Source: Spongospora subterranea f. sp. subterranea
Lineage: Eukaryota
NCBI GenBank assembly: GCA_049724395.1
Contig: JAUGWO010000101.1
Location: forward strand, 53,701-73,700
Length of the DNA: 20,000 nt
Direction of reading: 5' to 3'
Shown: positions 1 to 12,002 of the stretch, one piece after another
How the letters are laid out: the number at the start of each line of letters is the position of its first letter
Numbering within the stretch: position 1 is the stretch's first letter
Program-made: the position numbers and the translations under genes
Notes under the pieces: generated by a model
What the model was told of the DNA's origin: nothing
Databases searched by the model: none
Seen by the model: the letters and a program-made list of their open reading frames with translations, nothing else

Positions 1-254
1 ATTGATCATCGCCAAGCCCATCATGTCCAAAGCCATTGCGCTTTCTAACAGGCGACGGTGACGAGTGTCGTAGGAGTTGCCGTGTTATGTAGAAATAGAT
101 CATTTTGTGTAATATTGGTTACAATTTTTTAAATGAAGGAGACGGTTCCACACTTTCGAATAACAAAATCAGTCAATTTCAATGATCCCGTTTGTCAAAA
201 ATATGTGAAACTATTGAAATCAAAACCGGATTTGCCAGGTCCGAGATCGATGTT

Positions 255-716
255 TTAGGTACAAATGACCCCTATCGCGACATTGATCACAAAAAATGAG
301 CCGAACCGTAATCTCCCCATCTTTGGCACACTTTTCCTGAATTTTTCACACCTTTCAATCATATCTCGATCTGTATACACCCACCTTCGCTATCAAATTC
401 ATCATCATTTTCATCATTCATTGATGTTTTCACATTTTTTTATCACCACCACAGTCCTCTGCAGATCAGGTCTGACGAATTTAACACACGAATATGCCAT
501 GACCAATAGTTCCTCCAGACCTATTCTAGTCGCGCCGTCTAACCGAGGAATGCTGACGTCACCGTTGACGATGAACTGCTCATCAAAGATGGGATCCTGC
601 TTGCTTATCTGCCGACAATCGTTTGTGGTTTATTGCTCCTACCTGCTCTCTCATATCGCTCAAATCCAGGATAAACCGAGGTCACACACAATAAACCGAT
701 TAAGTTCCTTTGCCAT
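255..716 (-). CDS. Possible multi-exon hypothetical protein (or 3' extension exons of the upstream gene)
   Basis: Open minus-strand segments can be joined at GT-AG boundaries: MAKELNRFI | ISKQDPIFDEQFIVNGDVSIPRLDGATRIGLEELLVMAYSCVKFVRPDLQRTV | RRWVYTDRDMIERCEKFRKSVPK...VICT*. No recognised homology. Confidence 0.25.
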
Positions 717-761
717 TGATATCAGAAATAAATATTTATCGAAGTTAGTGTAAATGAATCC

Positions 762-1757
762 TCATCCAATGATATGATTAACCACAGATTGTTGAACGCT
801 TATGATTATATCCCCAATAAACACTGATATTCCTATAAATATTACAATGCAGATCCAGAGAATTATCATAGTTTTGGTTAATAGAGGACGCCCTGGTAAT
901 ATCAGCTCATGAGCGCGATCATATAACACTTGTTTACTTCCAACATTCGCCACCAAAATGTCAGCTCGTTGCGCCTTCTCGGCTGACGACATCTGAGATG
1001 CAACCCGTTTTTCTGCTTCTGAATGGGAGCAAGAATGCCTGTTGCATATTCGCGATAACTGATCGTCATAAGGGCAATCAATTGTAATCACAACATCGCA
1101 TATATGATGTAGCCCTAAATAACAGTGTTTACATCATAACCAGACGGTTATTAACTCGATGACAATATCGTACCTGATTCAAATAACAGGGGCGCCTCAA
1201 CGAAAACAACATGTGTGTGTCTGAAAAAGAACGCATGAAAAATCTGGAAAATGAGTTTTTTCAGAATAGGCCAGCGCATAATCCTGTTGAGAATTGCAAG
1301 CTTGCGTTTATCGGCAAACACGAGGGATGCAAGATATGGGCGACTAATGGACATATCGGTCGGGTTAAGGAGTGGCGATGATGGGTTAAAAATTGATGAA
1401 GGTGGTGAGGAGAACTCGTTGACAATAGAGGTCCATGTGGATGTGCCCTATATTCGAGTGAATTGTGAGATAGATTGGAGCAAGAATATGGGTGGGGAAT
1501 TACAGGTAATTGAATATCATGACTAAGTTGATCAAGGTCTATAACAGCCCATCCTGCTTCCTTTAACCCACTACAATACAAAGATTTACCCCTAAAAAAG
1601 CACCATAATCAATATAAGTATCGGTGTACTAATTAAATGAAAACACGGACGATGCAATTCCACCAGTAATGCCGACAATATATAATCCATATCTCCATTT
1701 GAGATAAGCGGCAATGCATATTGATATGATTAGAATACATGTTAAGACGATAAGCAT
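762..1757 (-). CDS. DCAKD: Dephospho-CoA kinase (CoaE/DCAKD family), 4 exons: 1757-1651, 1591-1504, 1447-1174, 1114-762
   Basis: Spliced translation gives the Walker A segment IVGITGGIASGKS, then VIDLDQLSH, SRPYLASLVFAD, VEAPLLFESG and EAEKRVASQM...RADILVAN. The GT-AG introns of 59, 56 and 59 nt keep the frame. Hydrophobic segments lie at both termini. Confidence 0.93.
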
Positions 1758-1820
1758 AGTCTCGAGGGCTGCCTGCAATACAGACAGGAAGATATAGCAG
1801 TGAGCCCTATAATGATGTCG

Positions 1821-1854
1821 ATCGTTATCATAATCTCATCGTTATCACAATCTC
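1821..1854. repeat. 17-bp tandem duplication upstream of the DCAKD start
   Basis: atcgttatcataatctc followed by atcgttatcacaatctc (1 mismatch). Confidence 0.8.
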
Positions 1855-1906
1855 ATAATCGTAATGACAATAAACAGAACTGATAGAGATCACAGGACCA
1901 TTGAGT

Positions 1907-2691
1907 GATGGTAGCGGGCCGCGCCCTACTGGGTTACCACTGGGATACCCTACCTCCCTACCACTCAGACCATCTCCACCGGCCAGATGGTAGCGGGCCG
2001 CGCCCTAATGGGTTACCACTGGGATACCCTACCTCCCTACCACTCAGACCATCTCCACCGGCCAGATGGTATCGGGCCGCGCCCTAATGGGTTACCACTG
2101 GGATACCCTACCTCCCTACCACTCAGACCATCTCCACCGGCCAGATGGTAGCGGGCCGCGCCCTAATGGGTTACCACTGGGATACCCTACCTCCCTACCA
2201 CTCAGACCATCTCCACCGGCCAGATGGTAGCGGGCCGCGCCCTAATGGGTTACCACTGGGATACCCTACCTCCCTACCACTCAGACCATCTCCACCGGCC
2301 AGATGGTAGCGGTCCGCGCCCTAATGGGTTACCACTGGGATACCCTACCTCCCTACCACTCAGACCATCTCCACCGGCCAGATGGTAGCGGTCCGCGCCC
2401 TAATGGGTTACCACTGGGATACCCTACCTCCCTACCACTCAGACCATCTCCACCGGCCAGATGGTAGCGGGCCGCGCCCTAATGGGTTACCACTGGGATA
2501 CCCTACCTCCCTACCACTCAGACCATCTCCACCGGCCAGATGGTAGCGGGCCGCGCCCTACTGGGTTACCACTGGGATACCCTACCTCCCTACCACTCAG
2601 ACCATCTCCACCGGCCAGATGGTAGCGGGCCGCGCCCTAATGGGTTACCACTGGGATACCCTACCTCCCTACCACTCAGACCATCTCCACC
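1907..2691. repeat. Tandem array (minisatellite), ~10 copies of a 79-bp GC-rich unit
   Basis: Unit gatggtagcgggccgcgccctaatgggttaccactgggataccctacctccctaccactcagaccatctccaccggcca starts at 1907, 1986 ... 2618. Only single-base variants occur (copies 1 and 9 ctact; copy 3 gtatc; copies 6 and 7 ggtcc). Confidence 0.99.
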
Positions 2692-2998
2692 TGTTTTTGG
2701 CAATTCGAAACTCATGAGGTTGACACGACCAGGTCACTTTCTATTGCTCGATGGTGGCTATGTATTCACGCCGCAAGGTACTAGCTTGGGATGGCGGTTT
2801 CAGATTACAATTTTCCATGTAATCAACACGTACTCAGGTTTAATACCCTACAGAGGTGTGCGCTATCATGTTCGTGAAAAGCGTTTCAAGAACAGAGTGG
2901 AGCTGAATATTTCAACAAGTAGCAGTGTGATCTATTCAACAATGTTAGTTCACAATTGCTTGTTAGCCACCGAGGAGGACGCATACGACTTTGACATA
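2692..2998 (+). pseudogene. PIF/Harbinger (DDE_Tnp_4-type) transposase remnant, 5'-truncated and internally deleted, with a 60-nt intron at 2778-2837
   Basis: Translation VFGNSKL...HFLLLDGGYVFTPQ|GLIPYRGVRYHVRE // KRF...VIYSTMLVHNCLL. This matches Harbinger motifs YLxDxGY...PYRGxRYH...KRF...LHN. Confidence 0.88.
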
Positions 2999-2999
2999 A

Positions 3000-3215
3000 T
3001 TTCCACAGCCCAAACGCCATTTCAATCACGATTCTGGCATGCTTGCCTGTGAGTCTTGTCAATTGTCAGAATCAGCACTTGATATCTTTAATATCAACCT
3101 GTAAATGAAGATTTCCTTGAGGTTCTGTGGACAACCTGATCCTTCAGGGGCCCATTCACGAACATGATAGCGCACACCTCTGTAGGGTATTGAACTTGAT
3201 TACTTGTTTATCACA
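3000..3215 (-). pseudogene. Second, inverted Harbinger transposase fragment carrying the catalytic-Glu segment
   Basis: Minus strand reads IPYRGVRYHVREWAPEGSGCPQNLKEIFIYR [probable intron] ARIVIEMAFGLWK. The reverse complement of 3155-3215 is 55/61 identical to 2818-2878. Confidence 0.85.
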
Positions 3216-3389
3216 GACAGTTGGGAACCGTCAGGAAACTTTATTGATCAACAAGTTATCGCCGATTCCGAGCAAAATTGCCCTGTCTCGATAATGCAAC
3301 AAGTGGGTTAATTGGTCGGAGTTGAGCTATCCCAGTAAACGGCGATGACTTGTTGATCAATGAAGTTTCCTGACGGTTCCCAACTGTCT
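3215..3389. mobile_element. MITE / fold-back element, 175 bp, with 50-bp terminal inverted repeats
   Basis: 3215-3264 (agacagttgggaaccgtcaggaaactttattgatcaacaagttatcgccg) matches the reverse complement of 3340-3389 at 48/50. The right flank is TAA; no matching left target-site duplication. Confidence 0.88.
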
Positions 3390-4447
3390 TAACCTTTCCA
3401 GCGAATAGAACCGGCGTGTTCCCGAAGTCAGTGCGCTGTTATTTCTGGGTAGATTAACAGCGATATTGCTTGAAGTTAAACCATGAGAGGGACTCACTAT
3501 TTTGTCCCGATACTCGACTGTGTCATGGCCAGCCATCTTGTGATAATCACACCACTTCTTCCTCGTCGTTTGTGGCTCTTGGTTTACTGAATGCTGACGA
3601 CAGGTTTGTTGACGAAAGGTTTGGTATCAGGTGTAGATTCACTCGACAACAGAGTTGTGCACGCCGCGATTGTGCAACCTGTACCCCTGTTTGTCCTGGA
3701 TCCAGCTGAGCCGATTCCATGGCTTTCACATAACGGTCGAGAAAAACTGCAACGAATTCTGTGGTACCTCGTTGTATGGTCTCTAATCGTTGCTGGTAGT
3801 AGCTCACAATATCTTCGTCGACGAAGTGTCGTAGAAATGCGTCTTTGGCTTAGGCCCAATCCATATTGTTGGCGATGATATGGGACTTGACCCATATCGA
3901 CTCAGCAGTGTGGCAGGACGTGTAGCCAAAGCGACCTGATAGTGACCGATCGGACATGAAATCCCCTTCAAGCCTTGCCTCGAATTCGCCAATGAAATCC
4001 TCTGTGGGTGTTGAACGGCTGACAGATGGTCGAGTGAAGTTCGGCATCCCATGTGGGAACCTTGGCGTTGCTTGTGCATGATGGCCTGTTGCGGTGACTT
4101 TGGCCTGTACCAAAGGAACCAATGCAGAGCGTAAAAATTCCTGTTCATTGCTGAACAACGTCTCGAATACTTTCCTCTGGTGATCAATTCTCTGTTGTAA
4201 TAGAGCTATTACATCAGCAATGCGATCAGATTCATCCGTCTGCGGAGATGGTCGGACGAGACGGCCGTTCTCGTCTCAGTTCCGTCGCTTCGAACAACTG
4301 GTCCTGGTAAGCTTGAATGCTCTCGATGAGAGTTTGGCGTCTTGTCAGCATAAGTCGTAGGCGATCCGCGTCTTGGCTGACTTGCGAATCGTTGTGGCAG
4401 TCCTCGCAGCGGAGGGATTGTGCCGAGGGCGCACCGGTTAGAGACAT
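3390..4447 (-). pseudogene. Decayed Ty3/gypsy-like gag
   Basis: TEDFIGEFEARL...DWA*AKDAFLRHFVDEDIVSYYQQRLETIQRGTTEFVAVFLDRY resembles the Retrotrans_gag core, with an in-frame TAA at 3850-3852. A later frame gives the knuckle-like WCDYHKMAGHDTVEY. Frameshifts are present. Confidence 0.7.
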
Positions 4448-4597
4448 TCTTCGTTTTATGAACTCGCTAAAAAAATATCGTGACGACGAGAGATAGCGGA
4501 ACGAAACTTATTTAATTAGGAACAAAATAGAGCATAAGGTCAGATTATTGGGGAGGCACGACACATATTGACGGTAGTTGCAATTGTGTTCCGCCGT

Positions 4598-5260
4598 TCA
4601 TTCATGACCAGGCTGGATTATCACAAGATGGTAAGCGCCGCCAAGATCAGTATTGGTGTGGAATTGGGGCTCCAAATAAACTGTTGGGATATGTTGATCG
4701 ATGGGAAGCGAAGGGGGGAGGATACGGGACCAGGTTCCGTAATCGTGTTCAGGGTATTGGGTAATCGACCAACAATCGCCATGTGCCATCTTATTCTTGG
4801 CGATGACGATGGGCGCCCAGATGAAGATTTTAATTAAACCTCTCTCCCTGTTCCCTATAATTCATGTACTTTATGCTCTTTCGTTGATATAAATTAGCAG
4901 GGGAGAGGTTCAGGGCGGTGTGGTGGAATCCAACTTGGATTGCATATTGAAATGGAATTATGGGGACGTCGTGGGATTGGTCAGGTTCATTGAACACTTC
5001 ACCCTGAAGGGATCCCACTTTCTCAACTTGTTGGAGCAGCAGAGGGTGATCTGTGCGGTTCGAGCGGCGATCGTCAGGTTATCCCAGTCAATGCACCGGG
5101 ATGGATTGTATTGAACACGTCTTGTCAACCGCACGAATGGGATAGACATCAGGGACTCTGACAATCCGATTGAATATGGCGTCAAATGTGTTGATATGTG
5201 AAAAATATGAGCCCGATGGGGATAGTTGTTAAAAATGATCGGTCATGTTGATAACTGGGA
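4598..5260 (-). other. Possible degraded or multi-exon coding sequence of unknown function
   Basis: Several overlapping minus-strand open frames (4598-4789, 4830-5018, 4958-5185). I could not build a consistent splice model or find a motif. Confidence 0.2.
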
Positions 5261-6325
5261 GTGAAGAGTGAATCAATCAGTAGTTCTAAGGGAAATGGAT
5301 AGGTTGACTACCGGCCGATGAACAAGGACATGGCGCCACAATCAATCAATGAGGTGGGAGGTGATGGAGGATGTGCCAGATACGATATGGCGACCAGGGG
5401 CCGATAATATGATTACCCTTGAAGGAGGGTGTATTGATTACCGCTGTCGCCGCCACAGATCGTTAAGGTATTGGATGGCGGTGATGGATCTCGGGAAATC
5501 AAAGGTCTATGGGTTATTGTGATTCAGGTGGCTCTTCTCGTCGGTGAATGAGACAACGATCGGTGTCGCAATCGCATCGGCGATCAGTTGTTGGGAACGA
5601 TTAGAGACACAGGAAGGGTCAAGAAGAGCTCATCGTCAACCACTATTGGTGAACCCTTTACAATCATAATTCACATGCCACACATCGCTCCACCCGACAC
5701 CATCTTAACGGACCCGCTCAACGAGTCGCCAATCAATGAAGGGACCTCAGGGGGGATCCACCACACCCGACTACGATCACCACCAACGAGCCAGTTGTCA
5801 ATGACCCAGATCAACATCATCGTTATAAATCATAACCGCGACCAGACCATCCAGTCCAGACTCAACCGGTTTATTGTATTATTGCCCATCGACACCAAAC
5901 AGCCGAACCCAATTTCACAGGATAATCCATTCGCCATTCCTCCATAGCATTGACAAGTCCCTCCCTCTCATACTCGTCGCCACAAATCGATCCTCCTCAA
6001 TCTGTCGTCCGAATTTCCATCGTCATTCGGATCGGAGTGAACTCGGCCAGTGATTCCCATCCGAATATATATATATGGCGTCGGTTAGAGATTCCGGTCG
6101 CTGATACATTCCCGACAATGAATGGCGTCCCCGAACAGAACCCTGGAATATATGGTCGAGTTGAGCGGCGATTACCATCGGAGGTCGAGCACGATCGGAC
6201 AAAGATGAATTTGTGGTCGATATCGGTTCTGGGCGCAATAAAAGGGCCAGTTCCGATTGTATCTCATCATTGTGCAATTCGATCTCTCATTCACAAAACA
6301 GCTTCTAAATCTGATCTTCTACAAT

Positions 6326-6727
6326 ATGTCTCGTCAATTGATGCTCTTGGTTGCCGTCGTTGCTCTGTTCGCCGTTTGCTGTGGTGATTGGGCTGGAGGT
6401 TTGGGCTATGGATCGCTGGGCGCCGGTTCGGCCGGTTACGGCAGCGGTGGTCTCGGCTATGGATCCGTTGATGGAATCGGATACGGCGGCGGTTGGGGAT
6501 CTGGAATCGGATACGGCAGCGGCATCGGGTTCGGCGGGTCATCCGGCGGATTCGGGTATGGATCTGGCATTGGAGGATATGGAAGCGGCGGCTATGGAAG
6601 TGGATTAGGATATGGCGGTTTCGGTGGATATGGATCTGGCGTTGGAGGATATGGATCTGGCGGGTTCGGTGGATATGGATCTGGAGCTGGATTAGGATAT
6701 GGATCTCTGGGAACTGGTTTCATCTGA
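6326..6727 (+). CDS. Secreted Gly/Tyr/Ser-rich repeat protein (133 aa), single exon
   Basis: Signal-peptide-like N-terminus MSRQLMLLVAVVALFAVCCG followed by GGYGSG/GLGYG repeats. AATAAA at 6770-6775 follows the stop. Confidence 0.9.
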   Translation: MSRQLMLLVAVVALFAVCCGDWAGGLGYGSLGAGSAGYGSGGLGYGSVDGIGYGGGWGSGIGYGSGIGFGGSSGGFGYGSGIGGYGSGGYGSGLGYGGFGGYGSGVGGYGSGGFGGYGSGAGLGYGSLGTGFI

Positions 6728-6857
6728 TAATACCAATACCCCATATGTTATTGTGTGATGAACCCGATCAATAAACCGCACAGAATTTCCATCTAAGTTC
6801 AACGAGAGTGTTTCGAAGATCTGATAGAGAGTTTTGGGGATTCGTTATAGAGTGTGT

Positions 6858-8440
6858 TTAGAGGGTTTTGTGTATTTGTTTGGGGTTTGTTGAAAAGGGG
6901 TCGGTTGGGATATATTGATGATAATCGGGATTAGGGTCGATGATGATTTGCGATGGCGGCTGTGTTGATAGCGATGATGGTGGCGATATCTGCCACCATG
7001 GAGTGGTTGTGGCGACGCCCTTCCAATACCCGAAATACTCCTCATAATCTAGATGTGCACTCCAGTCCAATAGCCGATTGACCTCGTGTTCCAGCCCCTT
7101 CAGCTCCCTGATCGTGGTCATCCTCTCCCTGCACCTCATCGATCAGATCCCCAATGTGATTCTCCTCTACTCCCTCCCCCTCAAACCTGTTCCCTTCCAC
7201 CTCTGCGATCCTCTTCATCACCTCCTCCACCTCATATCCATCACGATCCCCCGATTGTGTTCCCCCAATCCCATACATCCGTCTCAACCAGTTCAGCTTC
7301 TTCATCTTCTGTCGTTTGACCAGATCCCTTCGTCTCCTCACCCGACAATAATGGAACTGAACCGCCTTCGTCTCCTCTGCCCCGACCCATTTCTATTCCA
7401 CATCGATCGTCAACAACATCATCCCAACAATCGTCCCCCGATCCACCTCCTGAATCACTCTATCCTCTATCGCCCTCCAATCGTTGTTCTCAATCCTCTT
7501 ATACCATCCCCTTCTTGTCCCCGAATCCCCTTCCACCGCCTTCTTCCCCTTCACCCTCTCCTCATTATACGCTCTCGGTGCGAACGACCCAATATCGGAC
7601 ACGTTCAGATGAGTGTAAATCTGGCGATGAATTGATCAGTGAGATATCGCCCTGGTCATCTCCACCAATCCAACCTTGTAATATATCGATGGCGGGAATC
7701 GCTCGCCCCCTAATCGCAATCGAATATGTAATCCAGTACAGCAATCTAACAGACCGCCTTCAACGGGATTGATCGCCTTCAATATGATCCTAGCGTCTTC
7801 ATCCTGTTTCGATTTGATCAAATCCCTAATCTCGATCAACATCCTCTCGATATCCAGTTCACCGTTTTCACCTATAGAACACATAAACCTTCCTCTGGAT
7901 GAACCGTCGAAACAATCGCTGAATGATTCGAGCGCATTTGAACTGGACCCCGAACGAGTTCCTGACTTGTTCATTGGGAATCACTTTTATATCGACCGAA
8001 CGACGACGACGACGACGACGCGCCTGTTTATCCCTTCGCACGTTCCTCCATATTCTCTGGATCGATATCGAACTCGCCTCATAAACACGGTAGTTCTGAA
8101 CCAGAGTGGTTCAGCGATGAAATCAACCGATGGCGATATTCTGTCACCATTATCCTGGACATCCTACGACGTGTTGCGACGCGCCGCCACCATCGCTGGA
8201 TATGGATCGCGACCCAACAGAAATAATCGGCACCGGTCACCGATCTGATCAACGATCAATGGCGGGGACGGGGCCGAGGACGATGGGATCGTACCCGAGA
8301 TAATTGACGGCCGTCTCGGCAAGATAACGGGCGACGAGATTGATTGGCGATGAATGTGGAATGGGAATCGGTTTGATGATGATTCGGGGATGGGAATTGG
8401 GATCACGATTGGATAGATAATGGCGAATAGCGCCCTGGAT
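6858..8440 (-). CDS. C11orf65: C11orf65/MFI-like protein with multiple N-terminal IQ motifs; multi-exon, 5' end unresolved (probably extends beyond 8440)
   Basis: Spliced translation: ...KAINPVEGGLLDCCTGLHIRLRLGGERFPPSIYYK|IYTHLNVSDIGSFAPRAY...GWYKRIENNDWR...FHYCRVRRRRDLVKRQKMKKLNWLRRMY...RLLDWSAHLDYEEYFGYWKGVATT, which follows the family blocks in order. Introns include 7674-7621, 7446-7393 and 7186-7129 (54, 54, 58 nt). Confidence 0.85.
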
Positions 8441-8558
8441 CTGAACAGATCGGTCGGAATGGATTGAGGGGGGTGATTCAGGAAGTGATTACAGTGGTGA
8501 TCGATAGGAGAACAGAACGGATTGGGGATATGTTGTGGAATATGATCTGAGGGGGAAA

Positions 8559-8611
8559 TAAGGGATTCAGTCGTGATCAAAGGGGATTCAGTCGTGATCA
8601 CACACACACAC
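8559..8611. repeat. 21-bp tandem duplication followed by a short (CA)n run
   Basis: gggattcagtcgtgatca occurs twice, 21 bp apart, followed by cacacacacac. Confidence 0.75.
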
Positions 8612-9493
8612 CCGATCAAGATCGTGATCGATCGGAATATGGCCCATGGCCATTGATCACCACCGATATGTCGTTGACACAACCGGGTAAATGATCACAC
8701 AATATGGCCAGTACTCGAACACGATCACAATATCAATAGGACCAATCCAATTAGTCGTCACGATCATTATCGTCTATATATCTTTCCAACACGTTCCGCT
8801 TCGGTTCGTTTCAATTGCAATTCTAAACCAATTGATCTTCTCTAGATGAACTTCTCATGAACAGATATCCGATTGATTGACCAATAAAATATATCCGTTT
8901 TTGAATGTGATCGACCTTACACATCTCTCAACAGCACAGCTATTGTATCGACCATCTCTTTACCTATCGCCTTCTCCGATCGATAACAACATATATTGAT
9001 GACATAAACACTGATCATATCAACTCAAAATCATCTCTCATATGTCGTCCTCGTCATTGGCCGTTTATCTGTTTATTGTTGTTCTTTTGATGTCAATTGT
9101 AATTGTGTCACAATATTCTGCCATATCTGATCATCGATCTGATTCCCTTTACAGTATCCGAAATTAGAGCGGCACTGCTCCTCATTTGGAATCATTATTG
9201 AAAGTGATCAAACCGACGATACTGTTTTGATGAATCAGTAGATTGGGGAAATGTTGAGATCATTCCCAGAAATATCATTATGATGAATATGAGATCGGTG
9301 TTCGTTCTGGGTCAATGATCATGAGCAACGCTGATGGGCCCATTAATAACAAGAACACCCCTTAGCCATTGTCCATGGCCTATCATCAATTCAGCACATG
9401 TTAACGATCAGCCTGTGATATTGGATAAAGGGATTGTGTTCATTTACAGCGATTGCGACTCGACATATTTGTTTTTTTTTCATTGTCAGCAGT

Positions 9494-10336
9494 TTATAGT
9501 TGACATGTGGGGTGGTTTAACATCAGTTGTTGTGGTGAGGTGTTCTGCACAACCCACTCATGTCCCAAAGAAATAATTCCGGATTGTTCAGCGTCATTGT
9601 CATTATCAATGATGTCGCGATTTTCATTGGGTTTAGTGTAAGTTTTGATGGGGAAATAATAATAGGGGAGTTGAATAACAACGCTGGACATTATATCGTT
9701 ATTATGTTGACTGAGTGACGTCAGGGAATGCGATTGTTGCACATTATCACCCACCTCGATCCATGCGACAAATCACACAATAATTTAATCACACGAAGGA
9801 GATCGACCACAACAAATTTGCAATCATGATTGCAAATTTGTTGATCAGAATCACCTGTGGACCATAATGATCGATTATCTACAAGGGGAGTCGTTATTCC
9901 ACAATCAGGAACATGTCTAGACACTAGATATCGTGTTTGGCATTCTGCTAAACAAACAAGACGACAAACAATATTGGGTGGAGCAGGTGAAAGGGGGCAG
10001 ATGGCTGTCGATATCGCCATGTACAATTTGGTCAATCCTGATTGATTGTCAAAGGAATGGTCTCGGGATAGACGGGAAACGGGGACTCAATGTGATGAAT
10101 TGGGGGAAGGTGAACAGGGGGCTGAATACACCAACACCGGTGAATATCGTCACCCCATCGACAAACAGCAATGGGAACTCCAATAGAACATCGTTCGACC
10201 ACAATTCAGACAGACAAATATCATTACAGATGATATTGATGAAAACGGTCCAGGAAAACGGTTTCGGGAATGACTCATCGAACTTGAGTTTCAGGGCACC
10301 CGCCAATATTGACTTGGTTCGTATTTGGCAGACCAT
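9494..10336 (-). CDS. Possible hypothetical multi-exon gene divergent from the NDR kinase
   Basis: Three consecutive minus-strand ORFs (10049-10336, 9721-10035, 9494-9754). No recognised motif and no verified splice model. Confidence 0.25.
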
Positions 10337-10400
10337 TGACCCCCTTTACCTGTTTCTGGTAAGACGCGTGCCAGGGACATTATTGTCATTTGGCATTAAC

Positions 10401-11950
<1,550 letters not shown>

Positions 11951-12002
11951 CGTTGAAAAACCAAAACTCATCAATTAATGTACAATATATTGTGTAAGAA
12001 AA

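Noticed and set aside
1907..2691. CRISPR-like array or tandem hammerhead ribozymes
   Set aside because: Units are identical end to end with no unique spacers, the context is eukaryotic, and no CUGANGA/GAAA core is present on either strand.
1905..2691. ORFs 1905-2087 and the first part of 2540-3052 as proteins
   Set aside because: They are translations of the tandem repeat. Only the part after 2692 has transposase motifs.
3147..3163. GGGGCCCATTCACGAAC as a Harbinger TIR
   Set aside because: It is the reverse complement of transposase coding sequence (VREWAP), and no partner TIR was found.
3533..4631. 16-bp inverted match GATTATCACAAGATGG (3533-3548 and 4616-4631) as TIRs
   Set aside because: One copy lies inside the gag knuckle codons, the match does not extend, there is no target-site duplication, and a single 16-mer match in 20 kb can be chance.
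6493..6774. Trp/Ile/Arg-rich ORF as an antimicrobial-like peptide
   Set aside because: It is the alternative-frame translation of the GGATATGGA repeats of the glycine-rich gene.
7042..7341. Programmed frameshift in the C11orf65-like gene
   Set aside because: A 58-nt GT-AG intron (7186-7129) explains the frame change.
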